From a virus (Duplodnaviria; Caudoviricetes): a stretch of 40,945 nucleotides of DNA. Under the pieces are notes generated by a model. It did not search any database. It was not told the origin of the DNA and was given only the letters and a program-made list of their open reading frames with translations. The stretch's first letter is position 1. Each line of letters opens with the position of its first letter. Below, piece after piece: positions 7,862-16,586 of this stretch. The stretch spans positions 1 to 40,945 of the IMG/VR virus record IMGVR_UViG_3300031939_000012, one strand, 5' to 3'. The position numbers and the translations under genes are program-made.

Positions 7862-9844
7862 TCAATTTCCGTGAATCCACGAAAATCCGGGCCGAACGCG
7901 GCGTTTCTTCCTCTTTTTCGACATTGTTTGAGGCCTACTCGCCGGCGAGGCGGATGCCAGCGAGGAATCCGACGACGCGGACGGCTTGAGGACGTCGACG
8001 AGCTGCACCGCCAGGCGCGCCATCTTCCAGCGCTCGCCGCCGGGGCGGTCCTCCGGAGGAAGCTGTGCCGCCTTCAGCTCGAGCTTGCGCGCTAGCTCCC
8101 GCAGAGGCGCGCGAGTGAACTCCTTCGCTGCCAGCGCGTATACCGCGCAGTCCAGGGCCTCGTTCCGCCGTTGCTGCTTTTCCCATTTCGAAGTCTCTCC
8201 GCCCTTAGTCTGACGCGTTACGAGCTTTTCGGAGGTGAGCTGGGCGAAATAATCGGCATCGCAGCCGGCGTGCGCGTGCGCCGGGAAGTGGATGTAGCCG
8301 GGGCGCGTGCGGTCCTCGATCTGCAGGCGCGAGTAAAGGATGTCCTTCGCGGTGGAGCTGCCGACGCTGACCACTATGGTCTTGCGCCGGCCGACGCGCT
8401 TGCCCTGATTCACCAGAGGCGCGCCCTTGAGCGAGCTGCCCTTGCAGGCGTAGACGCGCTCGCGCTCATGCTTTTTCGTGTAGCTGTAGACCGCCTCCGT
8501 GCGGTTGCCGTCGCCGGAGTCGATGAAGGTGCAAGCGATGGGCAGCACCAGACCGCTCTCATGCCACACCTGCTGACGCCGCCAGGCGGTGAACTCGTCC
8601 CAAACCTCCGGCTGCTTGACGGGGTCGCCGTGGAAGACGCGGTGCTCGATGACGCCGCTCTGCTCGTTGAGGCCGAAGCCCCATTTGGTGGCCTCGATAC
8701 GGTCTTTCTGCACGTCGGCGCCGATGGTGAAAATGATGGCCCAGGAGGGCGCCTGTGCGACGTACTCCTCCGCGTGCTTCTGCACGGCGTTGAGGTCGGC
8801 GCCTTCGGCCTCCTCGTCCCACGGCTCGGCGAGGACCGTGTTGGTGAAGACCTGCAGCTTGTCCGGGATGCCTTCGCACTTGCGATAGTCCGCGAGGATC
8901 TCCGCCCAGGTGTAGCCGATGGTGGAATACAGCGCCGAGAGCTGATAGCCGGCCGTCTTGCCGTCGCCGCCGCCGGGATTCTCGGCGCGCCACTCGCCGG
9001 CGCGAATCATGCCGTGCTTGTCATCCTCCGTGAGGCAGCAGCCCGCGGCCTCACAGACGTAGTAGCAGTCCTCGGCCGTGCCGCGGAGCTGGCTGAAGCG
9101 CAGGGTTTGGAAGTGTCCGCACTGCGGGCAAGGCACGTAATAGCGGCGCTGGTCCGACTGTTCGAAGGCCTTGGTGATGCGGCACGTCCGGCGAAGCGCG
9201 GGGCTGGAGACGCGGAGATGCTTGCGGGCGGTTTTGAAGGTGGCGAGACGTTTGCGCGCCTGGTCGACCGGGTCGCCTTCGATGTTCTGCCCATAACGGC
9301 CTTCCTCGTCTGTGATCAGGGCGCGGATGGGCCGCGAGGCGAGCTGCGACGGCGAGTTGGCCCAGCCCATGGATATCTGGCCACCAGGAAACGGCATGTG
9401 GAAGGTGTCGGTCTTGCCCTTGGCGCGGCTGGCGAAGAGCTCGCGGAGCTGCGGGGTGTCGCGAATCATCGGCTTAATGCGGTCGTTGACGATGACCTTC
9501 GCGAGATCCTCGGTGGGCTCGACGAAGAGGATGGGCGCGGGGTCGTGGTGGACGTGGAACGCGGTAAAGAAGAGTGCGATCTGCGTCTTGCCGATCTGAG
9601 AGCCCCACATCAGCACAGAGGTCTGGATGCCGTTGCCAGGCGTAAGCGAGTCGAGCGGCGTGCGCTGGTACTCGGCCGTCGAGACGTAGAACTTGCCAGG
9701 CTCTGCGGAGCCTTCGGCCGAAAGCATGCCGTACTTGTCGGCCCACTCGGCGACGGTGAGGTGTTCGGGCGGGCGGACCAGCGCGCACGCGTCGAGCAGA
9801 ACCTGGTCGAAGGCGGCGAGGCCTTCGCTACTGGACGGGAGCAT
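7862..9844 (-). CDS. Terminase large subunit (lambda GpA family)
   Basis: GSQIGKT Walker A, ITDEE Walker B, SSP coupling motif, YYVPCPQCG, GADVQKDRIE, IDSG, RNEALDCAVYA. Confidence 0.95.
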   Translation of the reverse strand: MLPSSSEGLAAFDQVLLDACALVRPPEHLTVAEWADKYGMLSAEGSAEPGKFYVSTAEYQRTPLDSLTPGNGIQTSVLMWGSQIGKTQIALFFTAFHVHHDPAPILFVEPTEDLAKVIVNDRIKPMIRDTPQLRELFASRAKGKTDTFHMPFPGGQISMGWANSPSQLASRPIRALITDEEGRYGQNIEGDPVDQARKRLATFKTARKHLRVSSPALRRTCRITKAFEQSDQRRYYVPCPQCGHFQTLRFSQLRGTAEDCYYVCEAAGCCLTEDDKHGMIRAGEWRAENPGGGDGKTAGYQLSALYSTIGYTWAEILADYRKCEGIPDKLQVFTNTVLAEPWDEEAEGADLNAVQKHAEEYVAQAPSWAIIFTIGADVQKDRIEATKWGFGLNEQSGVIEHRVFHGDPVKQPEVWDEFTAWRRQQVWHESGLVLPIACTFIDSGDGNRTEAVYSYTKKHERERVYACKGSSLKGAPLVNQGKRVGRRKTIVVSVGSSTAKDILYSRLQIEDRTRPGYIHFPAHAHAGCDADYFAQLTSEKLVTRQTKGGETSKWEKQQRRNEALDCAVYALAAKEFTRAPLRELARKLELKAAQLPPEDRPGGERWKMARLAVQLVDVLKPSASSDSSLASASPASRPQTMSKKRKKRRVRPGFSWIHGN

Positions 9845-10493
9845 CGTCGTAGTCCTCGAGCAGCTCGGCGACGTTGCGCAGGATGTCGGCGTTGGTGACG
9901 GCAGGCTCGGGCCCGGCCGCGGCATCGATCTTCTCCACGGTATTGGGCTGCACCTCGTCAGGGAGGTCGACGATGGCGCCGGTGGAGATCTCGCGACAGA
10001 GCGCCTCGATCTCGTCCTTGATTGCTGCCTCGCGTTCGGTGCGCACCTTCAGGCCCTCGATGCGGCTGGCGAGCTTGGGTGCCATGCCGAGCAGCTTCGC
10101 GCGCAGATTGCCGAGCATGCGGTCGAGCCGCACCTTCGCGTCGGCGATGGTGATGACCTCACTGCGTAGCCGGCTAAGGGCCAGTTCCTTGAGGTTTGCC
10201 TCGGCGCGCGTCTTCCGCAGGGTGGCCTGGCGGATGTCCTCGTTCGGGCGCTGTCCGGCGGGCTCGCCCTCGTCGACGTCGGGCTCGTCCTGGGCCACAG
10301 CGGCCCTGTCGCCGGCTTCCAACGCGCTCTTGTAGCCGACGTACCAGTTGAGGACCTCGGGCCACGAGAAAACGGGCGTGCGGCCTTCCTTTCGCGACGG
10401 GCAGCCGAACTGGGTCACATAGGTGCGGATCTGGCGCGTGGAGACGTCGAGCAGGTCCGCAACTGTCTCAATGTCCATGGCTTCGTGTGGCAT
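9828..10493 (-). CDS. Terminase small subunit (Nu1-like)
   Basis: N-terminal wHTH (VADLLDVSTRQIRTY...GCP) and coiled coil; overlaps the large subunit start; next to cos. Confidence 0.85.
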   Translation of the reverse strand: MPHEAMDIETVADLLDVSTRQIRTYVTQFGCPSRKEGRTPVFSWPEVLNWYVGYKSALEAGDRAAVAQDEPDVDEGEPAGQRPNEDIRQATLRKTRAEANLKELALSRLRSEVITIADAKVRLDRMLGNLRAKLLGMAPKLASRIEGLKVRTEREAAIKDEIEALCREISTGAIVDLPDEVQPNTVEKIDAAAGPEPAVTNADILRNVAELLEDYDDAPVQ

Positions 10494-10510
10494 CGCCGAG
10501 ACGGTAGCCG

Positions 10511-10735
10511 ACTTCCACGAAACCGGGGAAATCGGGCTCGTGGAAGTGTGTCCGGGCGGGTGACTTCCACGAAAACCGGGGGTACTTCCGCGAGCGGCTA
10601 CACGTGCGTGATGCAAACAAAGGGGTTAGCGAGATGGGTGGGGTTCGTGGAAGTGGAACTGGCCATTTTTCAATTTTTGTAGCCCTTCCACGCGGTGGCG
10701 CGTTACCCGCACGCGGCGAAGTCCAGGGAGGACCC
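10511..10735 (-). other. cos packaging region (cosQ / cosN / cosB-like)
   Basis: Lambda cosQ heptamer GGGTCCT at 10729-10735 (minus), then symmetric GCGG-GTAACGCGCCA-CCGC, an AT-rich tract and repeated ACTTCCACGA sites upstream of the small terminase. Confidence 0.7.
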
Positions 10736-10919
10736 ATCGTGCGTGGACATAAACCACGCCCCTCCCTCGCCCTGTCAGTCTTTACGGCAAAGAGTGAACC
10801 GCTCCGCCGGCCGTGTCGCATGGAAAGAAGGTGAGCCACGAGTTGGCTTGTGGCGACGATCGGTATCGCGACGGAGCGGTTCGGCGTGGTTATCCGCTGC
10901 TCAGTGTGATGCCGTCAAA

Positions 10920-11471
10920 TCAGGCAGCCCAGAGGCGTGCCAACTTGGACTCGCGCAGCTCGAGCTGCAGCGCCACGCGGTCAGGATCTCCGTGCTCGAT
11001 GCCGGCGACGTGCTCGTAGTCGGTTTCGCTCACCAGAGGCAGCACGTTCTGTCTCGCGATCGCCGTCGGCATGCCCGCACAGGTGAGGACGGCAGCCCGG
11101 CGCTGGTAGACCGTCGTTCGCACATGCTCACGATAGGCGGCGAACACATGTGCATCGAGCTCGATCACCAGGCGTTCGCGTTCGGCTTTGGCGTCGAGTC
11201 CCAGCCATGAGCATGCACACTCAAACGAACGCTCCCACTCTTCGCGATCGGACTGCTTGGGTCTGTGCTCTTCAATCCACCACCGCGCGAGGATGGCGGC
11301 GTCCGTGGGCAGGCCATACGCTGTGCGTTTCGCATCGGCTACGGCGGAGTTGATCATCCAGCGCCAGAACTTCAACACTGGATCCGCCTGCAGCTGAGGG
11401 CGTGACGGCGCACTCTGAATCAGGCTGCGATTCGTCTTCGCGGCAGAAATCTCAACGGTCGCTTGGGGCAT
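10920..11471 (-). CDS. Hypothetical protein, candidate late transcription regulator
   Basis: Last gene before cos/terminase (the Q position); ARWW...SFECACSWLGLD motif. Function inferred from position only. Confidence 0.5.
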   Translation of the reverse strand: MPQATVEISAAKTNRSLIQSAPSRPQLQADPVLKFWRWMINSAVADAKRTAYGLPTDAAILARWWIEEHRPKQSDREEWERSFECACSWLGLDAKAERERLVIELDAHVFAAYREHVRTTVYQRRAAVLTCAGMPTAIARQNVLPLVSETDYEHVAGIEHGDPDRVALQLELRESKLARLWAA

Positions 11472-11503
11472 GCGAAGTCAATATCTCACGCAACAGCAGC
11501 AGT

Positions 11504-11719
11504 TTACGCGCTCCGTACAAACTCGTTTGGTGCGCTAGGCAACTCAGCAGCGGCAATCAATCGCTCCACGACGCCGACTAGCGGCTCTAATTTGCCATTT
11601 TCGTCTGCAGCCGCGAGTCGGTTCAGCTTTTCATACGCATCCGGTCGAAGGTCCAGCCGAAAGCTTCTGCGGTTGCGTGTCAGTCCTCTTCTCTGGCGCG
11701 AGCCGCCCCTTCTTCCCAT
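11504..11719 (-). CDS. Small putative ribbon-helix-helix DNA-binding protein
   Basis: SFRLDLRPDAYEKLNRLAA...VVERLI strand-helix-helix pattern; start uncertain. Confidence 0.4.
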   Translation of the reverse strand: MGRRGGSRQRRGLTRNRRSFRLDLRPDAYEKLNRLAAADENGKLEPLVGVVERLIAAAELPSAPNEFVRSA

Positions 11720-11845
11720 GCGTCCTACCCTACTTTGCGCCAGGCGCGTCCACAATGGCACTCTCTGCGCGCGAGGTCTTTACCATCTATGTCCCTCCCT
11801 TCCCGTCCTGCCTGGCGTCATAAACGCCCGGCGCCTGGATCCGGC

Positions 11846-12403
11846 ATGCCCCAGATGCTGCGTTCCGATGACATCACCTGGACGCGCACCGTCGAGCCGC
11901 GCGAACGCTATCGCATCCTCTACCTCGATCGTGACGGCGCGCGGTCCGAGCGCATTATCGAGCTGCAGAAGATCGGCGAGGTGAAGGGCGTTCCCTACCT
12001 CGGCGTCGTCGACAAGGGCAAGTTCAAGACCATGCGCGCCGATCGCGTTCTCGCCGTGCTCGAGCAGCTCAGCAGCGGACACGTGCCAACGCTGCGCAGC
12101 TGGAAGCAGGTTGGCTATGCGGACACGCTGCCGGCGTTCCCGGTTGCGAGCGCGGTCCACAAAATCGCCACGGTGGCGAAGTCGAACCGGACCTGGACGG
12201 TCGACCTCAACCACTACACATGCACGTGTCCGGAGAAGCGGATCCGCAGCGGCTTCGGGTATGCGCCCGGCCAGCTCGGTTTTGTGTGCCCGCACATCGC
12301 GCGCGCCATCCTCGAGCACTTACCCGCGGAAACACACTGGCCGGACGAGCTCCTCGCCTTCCTTCGCGATCCGCGGCGCGTGCACATCGACAACCTCAGC
12401 TGA
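11846..12403 (+). CDS. WYL-like domain plus SWIM zinc finger protein
   Basis: ILYLDRDGARSERII...KTMRADRV matches the WYL signature; WTVDL..YTCTCP...CPHI matches SWIM CxC-n-CxH. Confidence 0.7.
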   Translation: MPQMLRSDDITWTRTVEPRERYRILYLDRDGARSERIIELQKIGEVKGVPYLGVVDKGKFKTMRADRVLAVLEQLSSGHVPTLRSWKQVGYADTLPAFPVASAVHKIATVAKSNRTWTVDLNHYTCTCPEKRIRSGFGYAPGQLGFVCPHIARAILEHLPAETHWPDELLAFLRDPRRVHIDNLS

Positions 12404-13174
12404 ATTGGAGATCAGCACTTCCGTCACAGGTCCCCGCGATTCGAGTGTGCTGCCGAGGGCATAGCGCGTCTGCACCGCCTCCAGAAACATGCCGTGCTTG
12501 CGCGCCAACTCGCGGACCTCGGCGCAGTTGTCGAAGCTGAGGAGAAACACGCCCTCGATCGCAGCCAACGTCTCGAAGAGCTCTAGCCGTTTCGATTCCG
12601 GCAGCGCGTCATAGCGCCCGTTTGCCTTGTAGTGAACATAAGGCGGGTCGAGATAGAAGAACGTTTCCGGCGTGTCGAAACGCCGGACCAGCTCCGTGAA
12701 GTCACGCTGCTCGATGCGGACACGACGGAGGCGCTCTGTCGTCACGTTCAGCAGCTCGCGCACTGCATCCAGAGGCCGGCGTGCGGACCCGCGCTGCAGC
12801 TCCGTGAGATGGGCGCCGGCGAAGTGCAGACCTTTGGCGCCGTAGCTGTACCAGGTCGTGTATGCGAAACGGAGCGCGCGGCCGAGTTCGTCGGTCGGTG
12901 CCGATACGCGCAGCTCGCGAAAGCGCTCCGGGTGGACGATCTCGTGTTCGAGCAGCTCGACGAGTTCCGCCGGCCGGTGCTTCACGACGCGAAAGAAGTT
13001 AGCGACCTCGCCATTGAGGTCATTCATCACTTCGGACGGGGACGGGTCTTTGGCGAACAGAAGTTTGGCGGAGCCGGCAAAGACCTCGACATAGATCTTG
13101 TGGGTCGGGATGCGGGCACGAAGGGTTTTCAGGAGGCAGCGTTTGCCGCCGGGCCAGGCGAAGGGGGAGTTCAT
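12320..13174 (-). CDS. DNA adenine methyltransferase (Dam / D12 class)
   Basis: PFAWPGGK, YVEVFAGS, MNDLN and FYLDPPY motifs. Confidence 0.93.
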   Translation of the reverse strand: MNSPFAWPGGKRCLLKTLRARIPTHKIYVEVFAGSAKLLFAKDPSPSEVMNDLNGEVANFFRVVKHRPAELVELLEHEIVHPERFRELRVSAPTDELGRALRFAYTTWYSYGAKGLHFAGAHLTELQRGSARRPLDAVRELLNVTTERLRRVRIEQRDFTELVRRFDTPETFFYLDPPYVHYKANGRYDALPESKRLELFETLAAIEGVFLLSFDNCAEVRELARKHGMFLEAVQTRYALGSTLESRGPVTEVLISNSAEVVDVHAPRIAKEGEELVRPVCFRG

Positions 13175-13266
13175 GCGCGCACGCTAGCTCCACTGTCTAT
13201 AACGTGCAAACACCCGATTCGTTCATGCACGAATCCCTGCACGGAGCGCGCCGCTACGGTGGTGCG
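13175..13266. promoter_or_regulatory. Divergent promoter region with palindromic operator
   Basis: Perfect GATTCGT-N6-ACGAATC at 13216-13235; minus strand TTGCAC-17-TAGCGT-6-ATG; plus strand TACGGT-6-ATG. Confidence 0.6.
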
Positions 13267-13476
13267 ATGGCAAGCATCCTCTCCCGGCGGCTGGGCAGAC
13301 GCATCCGTGCGCTCCGGCTCGAGCGTAGCTGGCGACAGATCGATCTGGCGGCACACGCGCAGCTAAGCAAGACGCACGTCTGCGATATCGAGACCAGCCG
13401 GCGCGAGATCTGCCTCGGCACCCTGGAGAAGCTGGCCCGCGCGCTCGACACCACGCCGTCAGACCTACTCAAATAG
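13267..13476 (+). CDS. XRE-family HTH regulator (R-M controller C-protein-like)
   Basis: LGRRIRALR...QIDLA...IETSRREICLGTLEKLARAL; divergent from the MTase. Confidence 0.8.
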   Translation: MASILSRRLGRRIRALRLERSWRQIDLAAHAQLSKTHVCDIETSRREICLGTLEKLARALDTTPSDLLK

Positions 13477-13493
13477 GCGCGCCCTGTATTCTG

Positions 13494-13522
13494 TTGACGT
13501 GATATTGCTTTGGCAGCATACT
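13494..13522 (+). promoter_or_regulatory. Sigma70-type promoter of the TA operon (leaderless)
   Basis: TTGACG-17-CATACT with the ATG 6 nt downstream and no SD. Confidence 0.6.
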
Positions 13523-13528
13523 AGTTAC

Positions 13529-13876
13529 ATGGCATACGAGGTCGAGTTCACCGACGAGTTTGAAGTGTGGTGGAACGGCCTTACGGAAGCCGAGCAGGTC
13601 AGCATCAATGAGGTTGTCATCGTTCTCATGGAAAAAGGCCCAGCTCTGGGCCGTCCGTATGCCGATACGCTGTCGGGCTCGAAGTTCCCGAACATGAAGG
13701 AGCTTCGCGTGCAGCATCATGGCCGCCCGTACCGCATTCCGTTCGCCTTCGACCCCCGCCGCGTCGCGCTCCTTCTGCTTGGCGGGGACAAGACGGGGAA
13801 CTCTCGTTGGACCGCCGAGGCCATCGCGCGGGCCGACACTCTCTACGCCGCTCACCTCGCCCAGTTGGAAGGGTGA
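13529..13876 (+). CDS. RelE/HigB-family toxin (Gp49-like)
   Basis: GPALGRPYADTL.GS...MKELR...RIPFAFDPRR..LLLLGGDK motif; upstream of an HTH antitoxin. Confidence 0.88.
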   Translation: MAYEVEFTDEFEVWWNGLTEAEQVSINEVVIVLMEKGPALGRPYADTLSGSKFPNMKELRVQHHGRPYRIPFAFDPRRVALLLLGGDKTGNSRWTAEAIARADTLYAAHLAQLEG

Positions 13877-13906
13877 GGGGCGTCTATCAACAGGAAGATC
13901 ACGACC

Positions 13907-14218
13907 ATGGCCAAGAACTTCAAGATTCTCCAGCAGCGCATGTCGCCCGAGGCGCGCGCTATCTCCGAGAAGCGCGCTGCAGCCACGCTCGAGAAGATGG
14001 CGCTTCACGACCTGCGCAGGGTTCGCCGCATGAATCAGACCGAGCTGGCCGCCCAGCTCGGGACCGCGCAGAGTGAAGTCTCCAAGATTGAGAACCGTGC
14101 TGATATGCACATCAGCACGCTTCGCCAGTATGTTGAAGGGCTTGGTGGCCAGTTGGAGATGAAGGCCGTCTTCCCGGAGAAGACCATACTGCTCGATCTT
14201 GCCGCAGGACGGCGATGA
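13907..14218 (+). CDS. HigA-like HTH antitoxin
   Basis: QTELAAQLGTAQSEVSKIE...ISTLRQYVEGLGGQLE. Confidence 0.88.
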   Translation: MAKNFKILQQRMSPEARAISEKRAAATLEKMALHDLRRVRRMNQTELAAQLGTAQSEVSKIENRADMHISTLRQYVEGLGGQLEMKAVFPEKTILLDLAAGRR

Positions 14219-14236
14219 GCAACATATCTTCGCCGC

Positions 14237-14635
14237 TCACGATGCCTTCCGCCATCTCGCCGAGTGTTTGCATGTGGCGAAGTGTGAGACCGCGCGCGAC
14301 GCGACCTCGGGCATGGGATCGAACGGTGCGGGCCTGTCCTTCGGCGTCTTCCACCACTCGATGCGCGCCTCGCAGGAATGGCACTCGCCGTTGCCGGTGT
14401 ACTGATATCCGCCTGCCATCAATTCGCCGCGCGTCTTCGGCATGCCGGCAGCCTGCGCGCGCCGAGTCTCCATCCGGTGAACCTCTTTGTCGCGTTCGGT
14501 CTGCGCGTTGATATTGTGCAGAAACGTGTGCCGAGGGCAGTACTCGCTGCCGTCCTGCGCAGCCAGGCCACAGACCACGTCCTGTACCTTGCCCTTCACC
14601 ATCTTGTGCTTGAGAACAAAGGTGCATGCGCGCAT
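14237..14635 (-). CDS. Hypothetical Cys/His-rich protein
   Basis: YCPRH, CHSCEARIEWWKT and SHFATC; TAATG coupling. Confidence 0.6.
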   Translation of the reverse strand: MRACTFVLKHKMVKGKVQDVVCGLAAQDGSEYCPRHTFLHNINAQTERDKEVHRMETRRAQAAGMPKTRGELMAGGYQYTGNGECHSCEARIEWWKTPKDRPAPFDPMPEVASRAVSHFATCKHSARWRKAS

Positions 14636-14838
14636 TAGAGGCCTCCTCTCCTGAACGCATCCGCCATGGCGCACGGCAGGCACCAGGCCGAACTGCGTCC
14701 GCCAACCTCGTCACGACGTCCCGTCGTCGGCAGCTTGCAACCACGGCACGGACGCTCCTTCCTCCGTGAGTCGTTTGTCCAGTCGATCTGCACGTTGTTC
14801 ACGCGAAGTGCAGCGGCGCTTGTCTTTTTCGCCATCAC
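14635..14838 (-). CDS. Small zinc-finger protein
   Basis: CRGC...CLPC; GTGA coupling to the ATPase, with GGAGG RBS. Confidence 0.55.
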   Translation of the reverse strand: MMAKKTSAAALRVNNVQIDWTNDSRRKERPCRGCKLPTTGRRDEVGGRSSAWCLPCAMADAFRRGGL

Positions 14839-16586
14839 TCACCTCCGATAAACAGCAGCTCACGGTTGACCGCAACGTGGCCCTGCTGTTCTACGAGCAG
14901 CCCGGTCGAGCGAGTCTCGCTAAGCCGCGCCGCAAAGCCGCCGCCCGTCGCTTCCATGCCGACGGCTTCGGCCAGCAGCGAGCGACTGATGAACCGCCCG
15001 CGCAGTGACACCAGGTGATCGAACATCTGCAGCGATTTTCCGCTCAGCTTCGGCCGCCACAGCGCCAGAACCTCATCCGTCGTGTCCGGCGCCTTGAACG
15101 CATCGCCGAACCGCTCCGTGCCCTCGGGCGTTGCGTAGACCATGCTGCCTTCGGTGCGGATTGCGCCCGCTGTCCGCGCCTCGCTCAGCCGCGCGTTGAA
15201 GCCGCCGCCATCGACGGACATCCCACAGAGCGTCGCCAGCAGCTTCTTGCTGATGCCCTCGCCGCGCTTCGCATAGCCGGCTGCGATGCCGGCGATCTTC
15301 AGCGAGGTTCCGGTGAGGCGCGCATCGGCATTCGTTGACGGCTTCGGCGCAGGGATCGGTTTTATGAGCGGCGGCACTGGCATCTGGATGCGGAAAGATG
15401 ACGCCACTGGCACGTTGCCGAGCGTCAGCTTCGCATCCGCAAATCGAATCGCGCGCAGCTCCTCGACTTTCGCCGTGCACTGCTGCGCAAACGACTCCAG
15501 CGCCGCTACCGCGGCATCCTTGGCACGGTGTGCATTCGCGAGGTCGCGTTCCAGCACGTCAATTCGTTCGCGGATGGCCTTCATCTCGCCAGCATCAACC
15601 GCGGCCGGTTGCTTCTTCGCCTCCCGCGCCAGCTCTTCCTGCAGCTTCCGAATCGTAGCCTTCAGCTCCGCCGGCGAGTTCTCCTTGGCGCGCTGCACTG
15701 TCGCGGAGATCTCCGCGCCGAGCTGCTCGATGTCTACGGTCGCCAGCGCTTTCGGCGACTTCACCCGCTGTCCCGGCTTTGGGGTCGCGGAGCTGTCAAA
15801 CGTCTCGCGCCGCCGCACCTTCGTGCGTTGCATCAGGTCCGAACCTGGGGCCCAGAACCAGGCCGTTCCCACCGGCAGCGACGGCAGCGACTGGATCATC
15901 TCCTTCGCCGCTGCCGGGTCGGAGTGCACGTCCACCCACTCCTTCACCGCCGCCAGGTCCTTGGGATGATTCATGCGCAGCGCGACCAGCATGTCCGCCT
16001 GCGTCAGCACATCCTTGTTGAGCACCTGTGGCCGTTGCGTGATCATCGCGCAGCCCAGCCCGCGAATGCGGCCGCGGCGCACGATGTCCTGCATCGCGCC
16101 GAGCGTGCGCGCCTCCTCGCCAAACGGCTTCTGCGGTGCTGCAAAATCCGCCTCGTCCACAATCAACAGCAGCGAGTGCCGGTTGATCCGGTAGAGCGTC
16201 TCGAGAAACGGCACCAGGAACCGGTGCATCTGGCCCTTGCGAAAGAGCGAGAGATCGATGACCGCGGAGAACTGCCGCTCCACGATCGCGGTCGCTACAA
16301 CCTCGCCGGCCGATTCCTCCAGCGGGATGTCGGCGTGCTCGCCGCCGAACACGGCGATGGGAAAGCCTGGGTGCTCGCCGTCCGCAGAGCTCTTCAGACC
16401 CCACCAGGCTCCGGTAGGATCCAGCACAACGACCTGCTGCTTGAGCTTGAGCGCTTCCTCAATCTCAACGGCGGCGGTGTACGTCTTCCCGGCGCCCTTC
16501 TTCGCAAGAATGACCTGCGTCTGCGTGACGATCTCGAGCGGCAGCTCAAGATCCTCCGAGACACGTAAACCCTCGCTCTTCGCCAT
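14835..16586 (-). CDS. HerA/FtsK-superfamily ATPase (DUF87-like) with two C-terminal winged-helix-like repeats
   Basis: AKKGAGKT Walker A, VVVLDPTG, LLIVDEAD Walker B, RRGRIRGLG arginine finger, ITQRP. Confidence 0.85.
   Translation of the reverse strand: MAKSEGLRVSEDLELPLEIVTQTQVILAKKGAGKTYTAAVEIEEALKLKQQVVVLDPTGAWWGLKSSADGEHPGFPIAVFGGEHADIPLEESAGEVVATAIVERQFSAVIDLSLFRKGQMHRFLVPFLETLYRINRHSLLLIVDEADFAAPQKPFGEEARTLGAMQDIVRRGRIRGLGCAMITQRPQVLNKDVLTQADMLVALRMNHPKDLAAVKEWVDVHSDPAAAKEMIQSLPSLPVGTAWFWAPGSDLMQRTKVRRRETFDSSATPKPGQRVKSPKALATVDIEQLGAEISATVQRAKENSPAELKATIRKLQEELAREAKKQPAAVDAGEMKAIRERIDVLERDLANAHRAKDAAVAALESFAQQCTAKVEELRAIRFADAKLTLGNVPVASSFRIQMPVPPLIKPIPAPKPSTNADARLTGTSLKIAGIAAGYAKRGEGISKKLLATLCGMSVDGGGFNARLSEARTAGAIRTEGSMVYATPEGTERFGDAFKAPDTTDEVLALWRPKLSGKSLQMFDHLVSLRGRFISRSLLAEAVGMEATGGGFAARLSETRSTGLLVEQQGHVAVNRELLFIGGE

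Noticed and set aside
10511-10692. CRISPR-like or DGR repeat array
   Set aside because: Repeats are 10 bp, mixed in orientation and irregularly spaced; there is no cas or reverse transcriptase gene; they fit cosB.
12320-12403. Functional convergent overlap of MTase and WYL-SWIM genes
   Set aside because: MTase homology appears to end near EVLISN; the remaining tail is probably run-on.
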